DNA of 44,861 nucleotides, taken from the NCBI GenBank assembly GCA_964450265.1, contig CAYVCY010000003.1:1-44861 (forward strand). Reading direction: 5' to 3'. The stretch is from an uncultured Clostridia bacterium (GTDB taxonomy: Bacteria; Bacillota; UBA994; UBA5500). Of the stretch, positions 18,452 through 26,371 are shown in pieces. A program made the position numbers and the translations under genes. The notes below the pieces were generated by a model. The model was not told the origin of the DNA, made no database searches, and saw only the letters and a program-made list of their open reading frames with translations. Every line of letters begins with the position of its first letter. The stretch's first letter is position 1.

Positions 18452-18943
18452 GTGGGCGACCGTTATCCAGCCTATCACTATGTGCACCAGCTAAAGATCA
18501 ATCCGTTGCAACTTAAGCTGACAGAGGCGATCGCCAGTCAGCGCCAACAGCTGTACCAGCTCCGTGAGGGGAGGTTTACCCGCAGCCAGGATGTAGAGAA
18601 AGCGTTGCTGCCATCCCTTTTGGCTAGTGGTTTCTTACATAGTGTGACCAATCGGCAAGTAGAAGCCCTGTTTTCCCCCGGGTCTGATTTCGAACTAGAT
18701 TTCTGGCACCCAGGGTGTCGCGCCGCCATCGAAGTGGAAAAGGGTAAGCACTTTAATATTTGGCGAGACGTATGCAAATTTGCAGAGTCTACTCTAATCG
18801 ACCATGCTGTGCTGATCATTCCCTACGAAAGGGCCAATCAGAAGGGTGGATCGGACCAAATCTTTCTCTATAGCATCGATGCACTGAACAATGTCAGCAA
18901 ATTATACACTGATTTGAAGAGCTTGTTGGTAATTGGATATTAG
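18452..18943 (+). CDS. hypothetical protein with BamHI/BglII-like PD-(D/E)XK nuclease signature
   Basis: GTG start 8 nt after GAAGGAGG. Motif ELDFWHP..AAIEVEKGK..(25 aa)..AVLIIP resembles D...ExE/K plus the hydrophobic strand of BamHI/BglII. Locally low GC. Confidence 0.4.
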   Translation: MGDRYPAYHYVHQLKINPLQLKLTEAIASQRQQLYQLREGRFTRSQDVEKALLPSLLASGFLHSVTNRQVEALFSPGSDFELDFWHPGCRAAIEVEKGKHFNIWRDVCKFAESTLIDHAVLIIPYERANQKGGSDQIFLYSIDALNNVSKLYTDLKSLLVIGY

Positions 18944-19114
18944 GGCTAGTAAACACATAAAACGAGTGGTCGCCGCTCCGTCAGTTGTGTATAATGTGAT
19001 TGTGACCGAGGGATCATTGTTGGTTTCTCATCGGTAATTGCTGATTCCTGTCGCGCAACAATCGCCCGACTGAAATCGCAGCGAAACATGCTTCGGTGGG
19101 AGGAGGTGACACGA

Positions 19115-19282
19115 ATGGCATACAAGATCAACCAAGACTGCATCGCTTGCGGTGCTTGCCAGCCAGAATGTCCGACGGACGCCATTTCTGAAGGTGACAT
19201 CTATGTGATCGACCCGGAAAAATGCATCGATTGTGGCGCTTGTGCCGATGTCTGTCCGGTAGGGGCACCTAACCCGGCATAA
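19115..19282 (+). CDS. 2x[4Fe-4S] clostridial-type ferredoxin
   Basis: ATG at 19115 after GGGAGGAGG. CIACGACQPECP and CIDCGACADVCP motifs; 55 aa. Confidence 0.9.
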   Translation: MAYKINQDCIACGACQPECPTDAISEGDIYVIDPEKCIDCGACADVCPVGAPNPA

Positions 19283-19301
19283 TCCTGTGACGAATTCCGA
19301 A

Positions 19302-19334
19302 AGAGTCCTGCCAACAATGGCGGGGCTCTTTTCT
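19302..19334 (+). terminator. terminator after ferredoxin
   Basis: 11-bp stem (two G-U pairs), 19302-19312 with 19319-19329, loop AACAAT, then TTTCT. Confidence 0.55.
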
Positions 19335-19371
19335 ATTGACGAAGCTTCTGAACATTTACAAGGAGTCACCT

Positions 19372-19401
19372 TGACTTTATCAAGGCTAGTATTATATATT
19401 A
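19372..19401 (+). promoter_or_regulatory. putative promoter of the DUF4097 gene pair
   Basis: -35 TTGACT 19372-19377, AT-rich -10 (TATATA/TATATT) 16-18 nt downstream. -35 is embedded in the inverted repeat CCTTGA..TCAAGG. Confidence 0.4.
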
Positions 19402-19417
19402 ACCCTGAGGTGATTTC

Positions 19418-20563
19418 ATGGCAGACGAACAATTGCTTATTTTACAGATGTTGGAGGAAGGGAAGATCACTGCCGATCAAGCTACCGAACTGCTCAACCT
19501 GGTGGGCAATCATCCTCAGAAGGAAAAGGCAAAACGCCAGGCGGACGGTCTATTGCAAACGCCAATCGCCACTCCGCCCGCCTATGATCAGCAACGTAAG
19601 CAGTTTCGTAAGCAAGTGCGGGAGGAAGAGCGGCAGGCTCGCCGCCAGATTCGGCGCGAAGCTAAGAAGGAGGCCGCCGAGATCAAATCTGCGCCGGACG
19701 AGGCCAGCGATCGATTGGGTAGCAGCTTGCACAAGTCTCTGCAGATGTTAGGCATCTCTCTGGGGGGTAGCCGTAGCTTTGCGTTCGTCAAGGAGCTGGA
19801 TGGTGCTTTCAGTACGGACAGTCCTGAAATAGGCATCAAGAACACCAATGGTCATGTGCATATCGGCCGCAGTGAGGACGAGAGCTGGCATTTGAAGCTC
19901 TCGGCACGGGTGCGAGCCGATAACGCCAGCACAGCCGAAGAGCTGGCCGATGGCCTGATCATCGTCACCCCCAGCGACAAGGGCTTGATGGTAGAGAGTC
20001 GACGCTTCTTTGGGCAAAATGCTGCGATAGACATTCAGCTGAGCTTGCCTGTCAACTTAAAGCAGCAGTTGACAGTCTCCTGCACCAATGGCACCGTCAG
20101 CCTGGCTGGCGTCAGCGGAGCGCGGGTAAGGTTGCATACTGTAAACGGGAAGATCAAGGCGGAGGGCTTTCGCGCCAAGCGCCTGGATACCCATTCCGTC
20201 AACGGTGGTATCCAGCTGCAGGGCTTCAGCGAGCAGGTCAGCTGTCGGGCTGCCAATGGACGGTTACAGGTGGCACTCTCCTCCAAAGAGCAGGCATGTT
20301 TGGAGTTGGAGACGGTGAATGGCTCGATCGAGGTTGCTCTCGCAGAGGGGGAACAGGTTGGGTATCAGGTTGTGGCCAGCAGCACTGCAGGCAGCATCAA
20401 GGCAGACCTCCCAGATCTGCAGCGGAACGAACAATCCAGGCCAGGCCGCCGCAGGCTGGAGGCAAGCAGCCGTGCTTTGCAGTCCAAGCAGTCAGTTCAG
20501 TCGGTACGGGCGAAAACGGTTTCGGGGTCGATCAGGATTCATGCTAAAGGAGGATTGGGATAG
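19418..20563 (+). CDS. LiaX/YvlB-like protein (N-terminal helical domain, basic linker, DUF4097 beta repeats)
   Basis: N-terminus MADEQLLILQMLEEGKITADQATELL. Repeated xNGxIxL/V strands (TVNGKIKA, SVNGGIQL, AANGRLQV, TVNGSIEV). Confidence 0.6.
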   Translation: MADEQLLILQMLEEGKITADQATELLNLVGNHPQKEKAKRQADGLLQTPIATPPAYDQQRKQFRKQVREEERQARRQIRREAKKEAAEIKSAPDEASDRLGSSLHKSLQMLGISLGGSRSFAFVKELDGAFSTDSPEIGIKNTNGHVHIGRSEDESWHLKLSARVRADNASTAEELADGLIIVTPSDKGLMVESRRFFGQNAAIDIQLSLPVNLKQQLTVSCTNGTVSLAGVSGARVRLHTVNGKIKAEGFRAKRLDTHSVNGGIQLQGFSEQVSCRAANGRLQVALSSKEQACLELETVNGSIEVALAEGEQVGYQVVASSTAGSIKADLPDLQRNEQSRPGRRRLEASSRALQSKQSVQSVRAKTVSGSIRIHAKGGLG

Positions 20564-21817
20564 ATGTCTGAGGAGAGAATTCATGTGTTGCGCATGCTAG
20601 AGCAGGGCACTATTACCTACGAGCAGGCATTGGCCTTGTTGGATGCCTTGGATGGGCAGATGCCGGTGGATGCGCCTGAACTAGAATCGGACGATGGCGA
20701 TCAGGGCAACTGCGAGCAATCGGCCGTTGATCAGGATGGGGCTCAGGGACAGGAAGATGAGCGACAACGCTCCGACTGTGAGGATGAGGGTAGGGCGAGT
20801 GACGACCCCCCTGGTCTGAAGGAATCCTTGGACGGAGCCTATGCGGAGGTAAGGCGGGCGATGGGGCAGGTCTCTGATGAGCTGCGTGGGGTGGTTCCCC
20901 AAGTGGCAGGAGAGGTGAGCCGGGCCCTGGGGGAGGCTTCCCGGGAAGTAAACGAGGCCATGCACAACGTCAGCGAAGAGCTGCGCGACGCCTTGCAGGA
21001 TGTCACGGGCAGTGGTTGGAGGCTTGGCTGGTGCAATCTCTATCGATTCAATGAAGAAGAGGAGCTGGTCCCGGCAGCCGAAGTACAGGCTATCGCGCTC
21101 CGCCTCAGCACCAAGAACGGTCGAGTGCAGGTGGCTGCTGGATCAAGCGAGAGCATCAAGCTGGTGATTGAGAAGAAGATTCAGGCAGATAGCCGCGAGA
21201 TAGCTGAGGAAATAGCCAAGGGAGCTGTGGCCCGGCAGGTGGAGCAAGAGGGGGAGAGGCTGCTGCTGCAGCTTACGGTGCCGGAAGAACTGGTCGGGGC
21301 ATCGATCAGTTTCCATCTGATCGTCCCTCGCCGTCTGGCATCAGAGGTCAGTGTGCTAACCAAGAACGGTGACGTGCTGCTGCAGGACATCGTCGGCTCG
21401 GCCGCAATCGAATCTAAGAACGGTCGTCTGCGGGTGGCCGGCGGGGAATATCAGCGGCTGGATGCCGTCAGCAAGAACGGCGGCATCAAATTGAGCACCC
21501 GGGCGAAAGACGTCAGCGCAAACACGAAGAACGGCACCATCAGCTGCCTGTTAAAACCGCAGGGGCGAGGTCAACTGCAGGCCGAGAGCAAGAATGGCTC
21601 TATTGTGATAGAAGTGCCGAGTTGTTCAGAACAGGGGTATGCGGTGGATGCTTCCACTGTTCATGGAACGACTGCAGTCGAGCTGCCTGCCTTTCTCGCC
21701 GAAAGGTCAGATCGCAAACACAAGATTGGGCAGACCGAGGCCTTCGCTACCAAGGAAAGGCAGCTGACTATCCGGGCCGAGACCAAGAATGGCAGTGTAA
21801 CCGTCAAAGCTCTCTAA
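20564..21817 (+). CDS. LiaX/YvlB-like paralog (N-terminal helical domain, acidic linker, DUF4097 beta repeats)
   Basis: N-terminus MSEERIHVLRMLEQGTITYEQALALL. The ATG abuts the upstream stop. Repeats TKNGRVQV, SKNGRLRV, SKNGGIKL, TKNGTISC, SKNGSIVI, TKNGSVTV. Confidence 0.6.
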   Translation: MSEERIHVLRMLEQGTITYEQALALLDALDGQMPVDAPELESDDGDQGNCEQSAVDQDGAQGQEDERQRSDCEDEGRASDDPPGLKESLDGAYAEVRRAMGQVSDELRGVVPQVAGEVSRALGEASREVNEAMHNVSEELRDALQDVTGSGWRLGWCNLYRFNEEEELVPAAEVQAIALRLSTKNGRVQVAAGSSESIKLVIEKKIQADSREIAEEIAKGAVARQVEQEGERLLLQLTVPEELVGASISFHLIVPRRLASEVSVLTKNGDVLLQDIVGSAAIESKNGRLRVAGGEYQRLDAVSKNGGIKLSTRAKDVSANTKNGTISCLLKPQGRGQLQAESKNGSIVIEVPSCSEQGYAVDASTVHGTTAVELPAFLAERSDRKHKIGQTEAFATKERQLTIRAETKNGSVTVKAL

Positions 21818-21823
21818 TAATCA

Positions 21824-21866
21824 GGCTGGCTGGATGCAGGTTGGTGCGCTTAGCCAGCCGTTTTTT
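21824..21866 (+). terminator. rho-independent terminator
   Basis: GGCTGGCT / AGCCAGCC stem, followed by T6. Confidence 0.65.
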
Positions 21867-21944
21867 GTAGCCAAGATGTGTAGTGGTCGGCGTCACAATT
21901 GTTATACTAGGACATAGAACCCCAGCGGACCAAGAGGAGATGGT

Positions 21945-22310
21945 ATGATGATTGCGCTGATCGCCCATGACCAGAAGAAGGATGACCTGCTGAACTTCGT
22001 TCGAAAACATAGAGACATCTTCAGAGAACACCAATTGGTAGCTACCGGCACCACCGGCAGGCTGATTGCCAGAGAGACGGGTTTGCCCATACAGTGCAAG
22101 CAGTCGGGGCCATTGGGTGGCGACATGCAGATCGGAGCGCTGGCGGCCGAGGGCAGCCTGCAGGCGATCATTTTTCTGCGGGATCCGCTGACGGCTCAGC
22201 CCCACGAGCCAGACATCACCGCCTTGCTGCGCATTTGTGATGTGCACAATGTGGCACTAGCCACCAACCTTTGCTCTGCGCAGGCTTTGGTGCGCGGACT
22301 GTTGCAGTGA
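21945..22310 (+). CDS. mgsA: methylglyoxal synthase
   Basis: [27 protein letters not shown] motifs. TGtTATACT extended -10 at 21900-21908. Confidence 0.9.
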   Translation: MMIALIAHDQKKDDLLNFVRKHRDIFREHQLVATGTTGRLIARETGLPIQCKQSGPLGGDMQIGALAAEGSLQAIIFLRDPLTAQPHEPDITALLRICDVHNVALATNLCSAQALVRGLLQ

Positions 22311-22696
22311 AAGGGCGCATCCTGCCGGTTAGCGCAGCCTTGTTGCGCCGTGAGGAGAGGCTGCTGTTAGCGCAGCGACTGCCAGAAGCAGAGAATGGGG
22401 GCCTATGGGAATTGCCTGGAGGCAAATTGGAATATGGGGAGCGCCCGGAGCAATGCTTGCAGCGGGAACTTCGAGAGGAGTTAGGCCTGGACGCTGAGGT
22501 GGGGCAGCTATACGGGGTTTTCAGTCACCTCACTAGTTCTGGGCTACAGATTCTGCTTCTGGTGTACCACTGTCGGCCCGGGAGATTATCGCCCGAGGCC
22601 AAGGAGTGTCAGGCTTTCCAGTGGGTGACCCCAAGAGAAGCTCTCGCGTACGATCTGGCACCCTTGGATCGAAGGATTATCTCCGGGTTAGCTTGA
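22307..22696 (+). CDS. NUDIX hydrolase (MutT-like)
   Basis: Nudix box [28 protein letters not shown] overlap with the mgsA stop. Confidence 0.8.
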   Translation: MKGRILPVSAALLRREERLLLAQRLPEAENGGLWELPGGKLEYGERPEQCLQRELREELGLDAEVGQLYGVFSHLTSSGLQILLLVYHCRPGRLSPEAKECQAFQWVTPREALAYDLAPLDRRIISGLA

Positions 22697-22717
22697 TCTG
22701 GGCCGACCGATGAGGCA

Positions 22718-22747
22718 AGAGGGCCCTCGCACAGGCGAGGGCCCTCT
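22718..22747. terminator. bidirectional terminator hairpin between convergent genes
   Basis: Perfect 13-bp stem AGAGGGCCCTCGC / GCGAGGGCCCTCT with a 4-nt loop. Confidence 0.6.
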
Positions 22748-22768
22748 GATTGTCAGCAGGGAATCCGC

Positions 22769-23785
22769 TTATTCTTGACCGGGTTGCAGCGTGAACACCG
22801 CCCTGGTGCCACCGACCACATCCCGGCGATGATTGTACAGCGTCGGCTGATGCAGGTCTCTCAAGTTTTCTAGATCCTGCTCGGTCAACAGGCCCATCTG
22901 ACGCAGGGTCTCCACGATCACCGGTCCGTCGGCGCGTCCGTTGCCATCCTCGATCTTCAGTGCGATGCCGATCCCCTTGTCCAGCAGAGCTGCGCAATAG
23001 ACTCCCTGGGCCCCGCTCTTGGCGATCAGCCGCCCATTTAGACGGGTCATCAGATCGGTGCACAGGCGTCCTGTGCCGGCGACCATTACCGGCCAAGCAG
23101 TCATAGCCGCCCTGATGCGCGCTGCGGCTTGCTGTGTTGATGCTGAGAATGCGCTCGGATCGGATAGGCGAGCCCAGGCCCAGGCCATGTTGTAGACTGG
23201 TAGGCCGAAGACCGGCACCCCACATCCGTCAATACCGATCTCTATCTCCTCTTTTTCCAGCCCCGAGAAGCGGGCCATCGCGTCCAGCATCGCCTGCTGC
23301 ACCGGATGCTCCAGGCTGATATAGTTGCTTACATCCCATCCTCTGTGCCTGGCCAGTGTTAGCATACCGGAATGCTTGCCCGAACAGTTGCTGTGCACTT
23401 CCGTAGGCTTCCGCCCGGCGCGATGCATGGCAGCTGCCGCTGCTGGGTATAGGGGCAGGTGGCTTCCGCATTGCAGTGCGCTCTCGGCCAAGCCGATCTT
23501 CTGCAGTATTCCCATCACGGTCTCCACGTGAATATCTTCAGCGTTGTGCGATGCACAAAACACAGCGACCTCCTGATCGGTCAGCTGATAATGGTCGGCA
23601 GCACCGCTCTCCACCACCGGGATCGCCTGGATCGGCTTGGAAGCCGAACGAATGAAAGTAACCTTCTCTTTCGGGCTGCCCACCGAGTAAAGCAGTTTCC
23701 CGCTAGCGTCTACCACCGCTAGGTCCCCCCGATGGATACTCTCTACAATGCGCCCTCGGGTTAATTCTACAAGTTTTTCCGACAC
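22769..23785 (-). CDS. asparaginase II family protein
   Basis: IVESIHRGDLAVVD, IRSASKPIQA, CASHNAE, NCSGKHSGML motifs. GTG at 23785 follows GGGAGG. The ORF track extension to 24043 is probably non-coding. Confidence 0.7.
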   Translation of the reverse strand: MSEKLVELTRGRIVESIHRGDLAVVDASGKLLYSVGSPKEKVTFIRSASKPIQAIPVVESGAADHYQLTDQEVAVFCASHNAEDIHVETVMGILQKIGLAESALQCGSHLPLYPAAAAAMHRAGRKPTEVHSNCSGKHSGMLTLARHRGWDVSNYISLEHPVQQAMLDAMARFSGLEKEEIEIGIDGCGVPVFGLPVYNMAWAWARLSDPSAFSASTQQAAARIRAAMTAWPVMVAGTGRLCTDLMTRLNGRLIAKSGAQGVYCAALLDKGIGIALKIEDGNGRADGPVIVETLRQMGLLTEQDLENLRDLHQPTLYNHRRDVVGGTRAVFTLQPGQE

Positions 23786-23938
23786 TAACTGATGCCTCCC
23801 TTTTAAATTGCATCCACGAAATTGATTCATTGTTTCGATTGTCCCATAATTAGTGTAGCATAATTTAAGCTGATCGCCATCATCATATATCGACAAACAT
23901 GAGTTAGTGGACCTAAACAATGCGAAGGAGATGGAATC

Positions 23939-24643
23939 ATGTTCTATTCTTTTCCCGCGCCTTTGCATGCAGGCACCTTCTTGCGCCGCGTCAATCGTTT
24001 CGTGGTGGAGGTGCTGGCTGCAGGCACACCGACCATCGCTCACCTACCCAATTCTGGGCGTCTGACTGCGGTGCTCCAAGAGGGGGCAACCTGCTGGCTG
24101 CGCCCTGCAGCTAAGGTCGGGCGCAAGACCAAGTTCGACCTGCTGGCGATGGTAACTGAACTAGGGCCAATAATGGTGGACGCGCATCTGCCCAATAGAT
24201 TGGTCATTGAAGCCTGGAGGCAGCAGCGTTTGCCAGACTTTATAGCCTACGATAGCATTCATCCTGAATACCGTCATGGTGCCAGTCGGTTTGATTTTGC
24301 CCTCACCGGCTCCGATCCAAAGCCTTGCCTGGTGGAAGTGAAATCGGCTGCCGACTATTGTGGAGATCTGGCCCGTTTTCCGGATGCGCCTAGCTCGCGG
24401 GCGGTGAAGCATATCCGCGAACTATCCCAGGCGGCAATCGATGGGCACCGGGCCGCCGTAATCCTTCTCGCTCAAATGCCGTGGGCTAAGTCAGTGCTGC
24501 TCAATGAGCAGATAGACCCTGAGTTTGTGCAGGCGGCCAGGCAAGCGCAGGCTGGCGGAGTAGAGCTGCTGGCCTATACCATCGTCCCTCACCTGCCTAC
24601 CGGGATCGCATGGGGTCAACCCATCCCGGTGGTGGTGCCATGA
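23939..24643 (+). CDS. sfsA: sugar fermentation stimulation protein SfsA (nuclease-fold DNA-binding protein)
   Basis: GTFLRRVNRFVVEV N-terminus, CLVEVKS motif, 234 aa. Confidence 0.85.
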   Translation: MFYSFPAPLHAGTFLRRVNRFVVEVLAAGTPTIAHLPNSGRLTAVLQEGATCWLRPAAKVGRKTKFDLLAMVTELGPIMVDAHLPNRLVIEAWRQQRLPDFIAYDSIHPEYRHGASRFDFALTGSDPKPCLVEVKSAADYCGDLARFPDAPSSRAVKHIRELSQAAIDGHRAAVILLAQMPWAKSVLLNEQIDPEFVQAARQAQAGGVELLAYTIVPHLPTGIAWGQPIPVVVP

Positions 24644-24826
24644 ATTGCTTGCAGGAAATGCAAGCCGATCAGCGAATATCTCCATAATACCGATAGCGAG
24701 GTTACATTAAAAGGTTTCTTTTTTCAAGGGCTTCTATCGACGCTTTGCTGCATAGGCTGTAAGGGCTGGAGTATACAACTTCTGAGAATGGCTAGAATGC
24801 AAAGGAGGTAGCTGTGGGAGGGAGAT

Positions 24827-24855
24827 TTGACCGTTTCCGCAGACTACACTATAAT
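24827..24855 (+). promoter_or_regulatory. sigma-A type promoter of the yabE-like gene
   Basis: -35 TTGACC 24827-24832, 17-nt spacer, -10 TATAAT 24850-24855. Confidence 0.6.
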
Positions 24856-24884
24856 GTTCTGGCAGATGCAGAAAGGAGGCCATT

Positions 24885-25811
24885 ATGCCAAAAGCAAGAA
24901 GACTCCTGAAAATTGCCGCTTTGGCGGTTACCTGCACCTTACTGGCAATGCTCATTCTGATCGATGGCCAATTTGATCCTGCCGCGAGCAGCTTGGCCAA
25001 AGGCGTTGGCGATCCGAAACAACTGTTAGAGGATATGACCTTCAGCCGTCGGGTCACGGTGATAGCCGACGGTGAAGCTCGTTCCCTCTGGACCAGTGCT
25101 CGCACGGTGCAGGATGCACTGGCTTTTGCTGGACTGAGCCTCGGTCCGCTGGACCGCACTGAACCGGCACCAAGTGAACCGGTGGTGGATCAGCAGCAGA
25201 TCCAACTGATTCGCGTAGATAGTCAACTGGTTGAAGAACATGCCGTGATTCCGTATCGTACAGTTCGGGTGGCTTCCCGTTCGATGAACAGAGGAGAGAC
25301 CAGGGAAGTGCAAGCGGGGGCTAACGGCAAGCAGCTGAATACCTATCAGGTGTTGCTGGAAGACGGCCAGCCCGTGCAGAAGGAACTGATTAGCTCTGTG
25401 ACGGTAGCTGAGAAGCAAGACCGAGTGATCGAAGAGGGGACCATCTCCACCCTCTCTCGCGGAGGGCAGAACTTTCGCTATCATCGCATGCTCAGCGTGA
25501 CAGCGACTGCTTATACCGCAGATATCGACTCGAAGACCGGCAAGCCCGACGACCCCTACCAGGGGATGACTGCCTCTGGTCAAAAGGCAGTAGCCGGAAA
25601 TACTATCGCCACCGATCGCACCGTGATCCCTTTGGGCACGCGGGTCTATGTGGAGGGCGTTGACGCTAAAGGCAAGCAGTATTCCGGCGTCTATGTGGCC
25701 ATGGATGTGGGCTCGGCCATTAAAGGTAATCGCATCGATATCTTTATGGAGACATTTGCTGAGTGCAAGAGTTTCGGACGACGAAAGATGAATGTATATA
25801 TCCTAGAGTGA
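24885..25811 (+). CDS. YabE-like cell wall protein (DUF348, G5, 3D domains)
   Basis: Signal anchor. G5-like middle region. C-terminal 3D domain (ATAYTA...TASG...IATD...PLGTRVYVEG...DVGSAIKGNRIDIFM). Confidence 0.75.
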   Translation: MPKARRLLKIAALAVTCTLLAMLILIDGQFDPAASSLAKGVGDPKQLLEDMTFSRRVTVIADGEARSLWTSARTVQDALAFAGLSLGPLDRTEPAPSEPVVDQQQIQLIRVDSQLVEEHAVIPYRTVRVASRSMNRGETREVQAGANGKQLNTYQVLLEDGQPVQKELISSVTVAEKQDRVIEEGTISTLSRGGQNFRYHRMLSVTATAYTADIDSKTGKPDDPYQGMTASGQKAVAGNTIATDRTVIPLGTRVYVEGVDAKGKQYSGVYVAMDVGSAIKGNRIDIFMETFAECKSFGRRKMNVYILE

Positions 25812-25816
25812 ACAAG

Positions 25817-25854
25817 AGAGCAGCTCACCCCATCAGGTGAGCTGCTCTAGTTTT
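25817..25854. terminator. bidirectional terminator
   Basis: 13-bp perfect stem AGAGCAGCTCACC / GGTGAGCTGCTCT, 6-nt loop, then AGTTTT. Confidence 0.7.
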
Positions 25855-25869
25855 GCGGATGGTTCGGGC

Positions 25870-26073
25870 CTATTTCTCTTCCGCCAGAACCTTGTTCAGG
25901 TCGGCCAGCAATCCGTCGACGTCCAAGCCGTGCGCTTTAGCGCCCTGCTCTAAGGTCTCAAACTGAGCTATGGCACAGCCCAAGCAACCCAAGCCATGCT
26001 TGAAGAAGACCGGCACCACCTGGGGATGCTTCTCGACAATTTGCGCGATGGCCATGTCTTTGGTAATTTTCAT
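25870..26073 (-). CDS. DUF1858 / hybrid-cluster-protein-associated redox disulfide domain protein
   Basis: 67 aa, with HGLGCLGCAIAQFETLEQGAKAHG motif. Confidence 0.7.
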   Translation of the reverse strand: MKITKDMAIAQIVEKHPQVVPVFFKHGLGCLGCAIAQFETLEQGAKAHGLDVDGLLADLNKVLAEEK

Positions 26074-26371
26074 TTCTTAACAGCTCCCTTCACGGCTAAT
26101 TCGATCACAGTATAACACAAACCGGCGAGCAACAATCCAGCATATTTGGGCGGTGAGCGAGACAAATCGTTGCCTGGCGGAAGTTGAAACACCAGGAGTG
26201 GCCACCATACGGGCAGACGGTTACCCCTGGCAGGAAGTGCTGGCTATGGTGGAGAAATGACCAGCATCAGTCCGACGCGATTTCTTGAGTGTTGAGGAGG
26301 CCGATCATGACAGACATGTTCATTTGCCAAGCCTATAGAGCTGATTCTCTCCTTGGCTTGCTACTTAATCG

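Noticed and set aside
23786-24043. N-terminal 86-codon extension of the asparaginase-family ORF.
   Set aside because: The extension runs through an AT-rich divergent promoter region and overlaps the sfsA start. A GTG with a GGGAGG RBS at 23785 gives a family-typical length of about 338 aa.
24644-24884. Possible cyclic-di-AMP (ydaO-type) riboswitch upstream of the YabE-like wall protein.
   Set aside because: I could not find the conserved ACGGGG / CCGA-type cores of that motif. The region is explained by a TTGACC-17-TATAAT promoter and an RBS.
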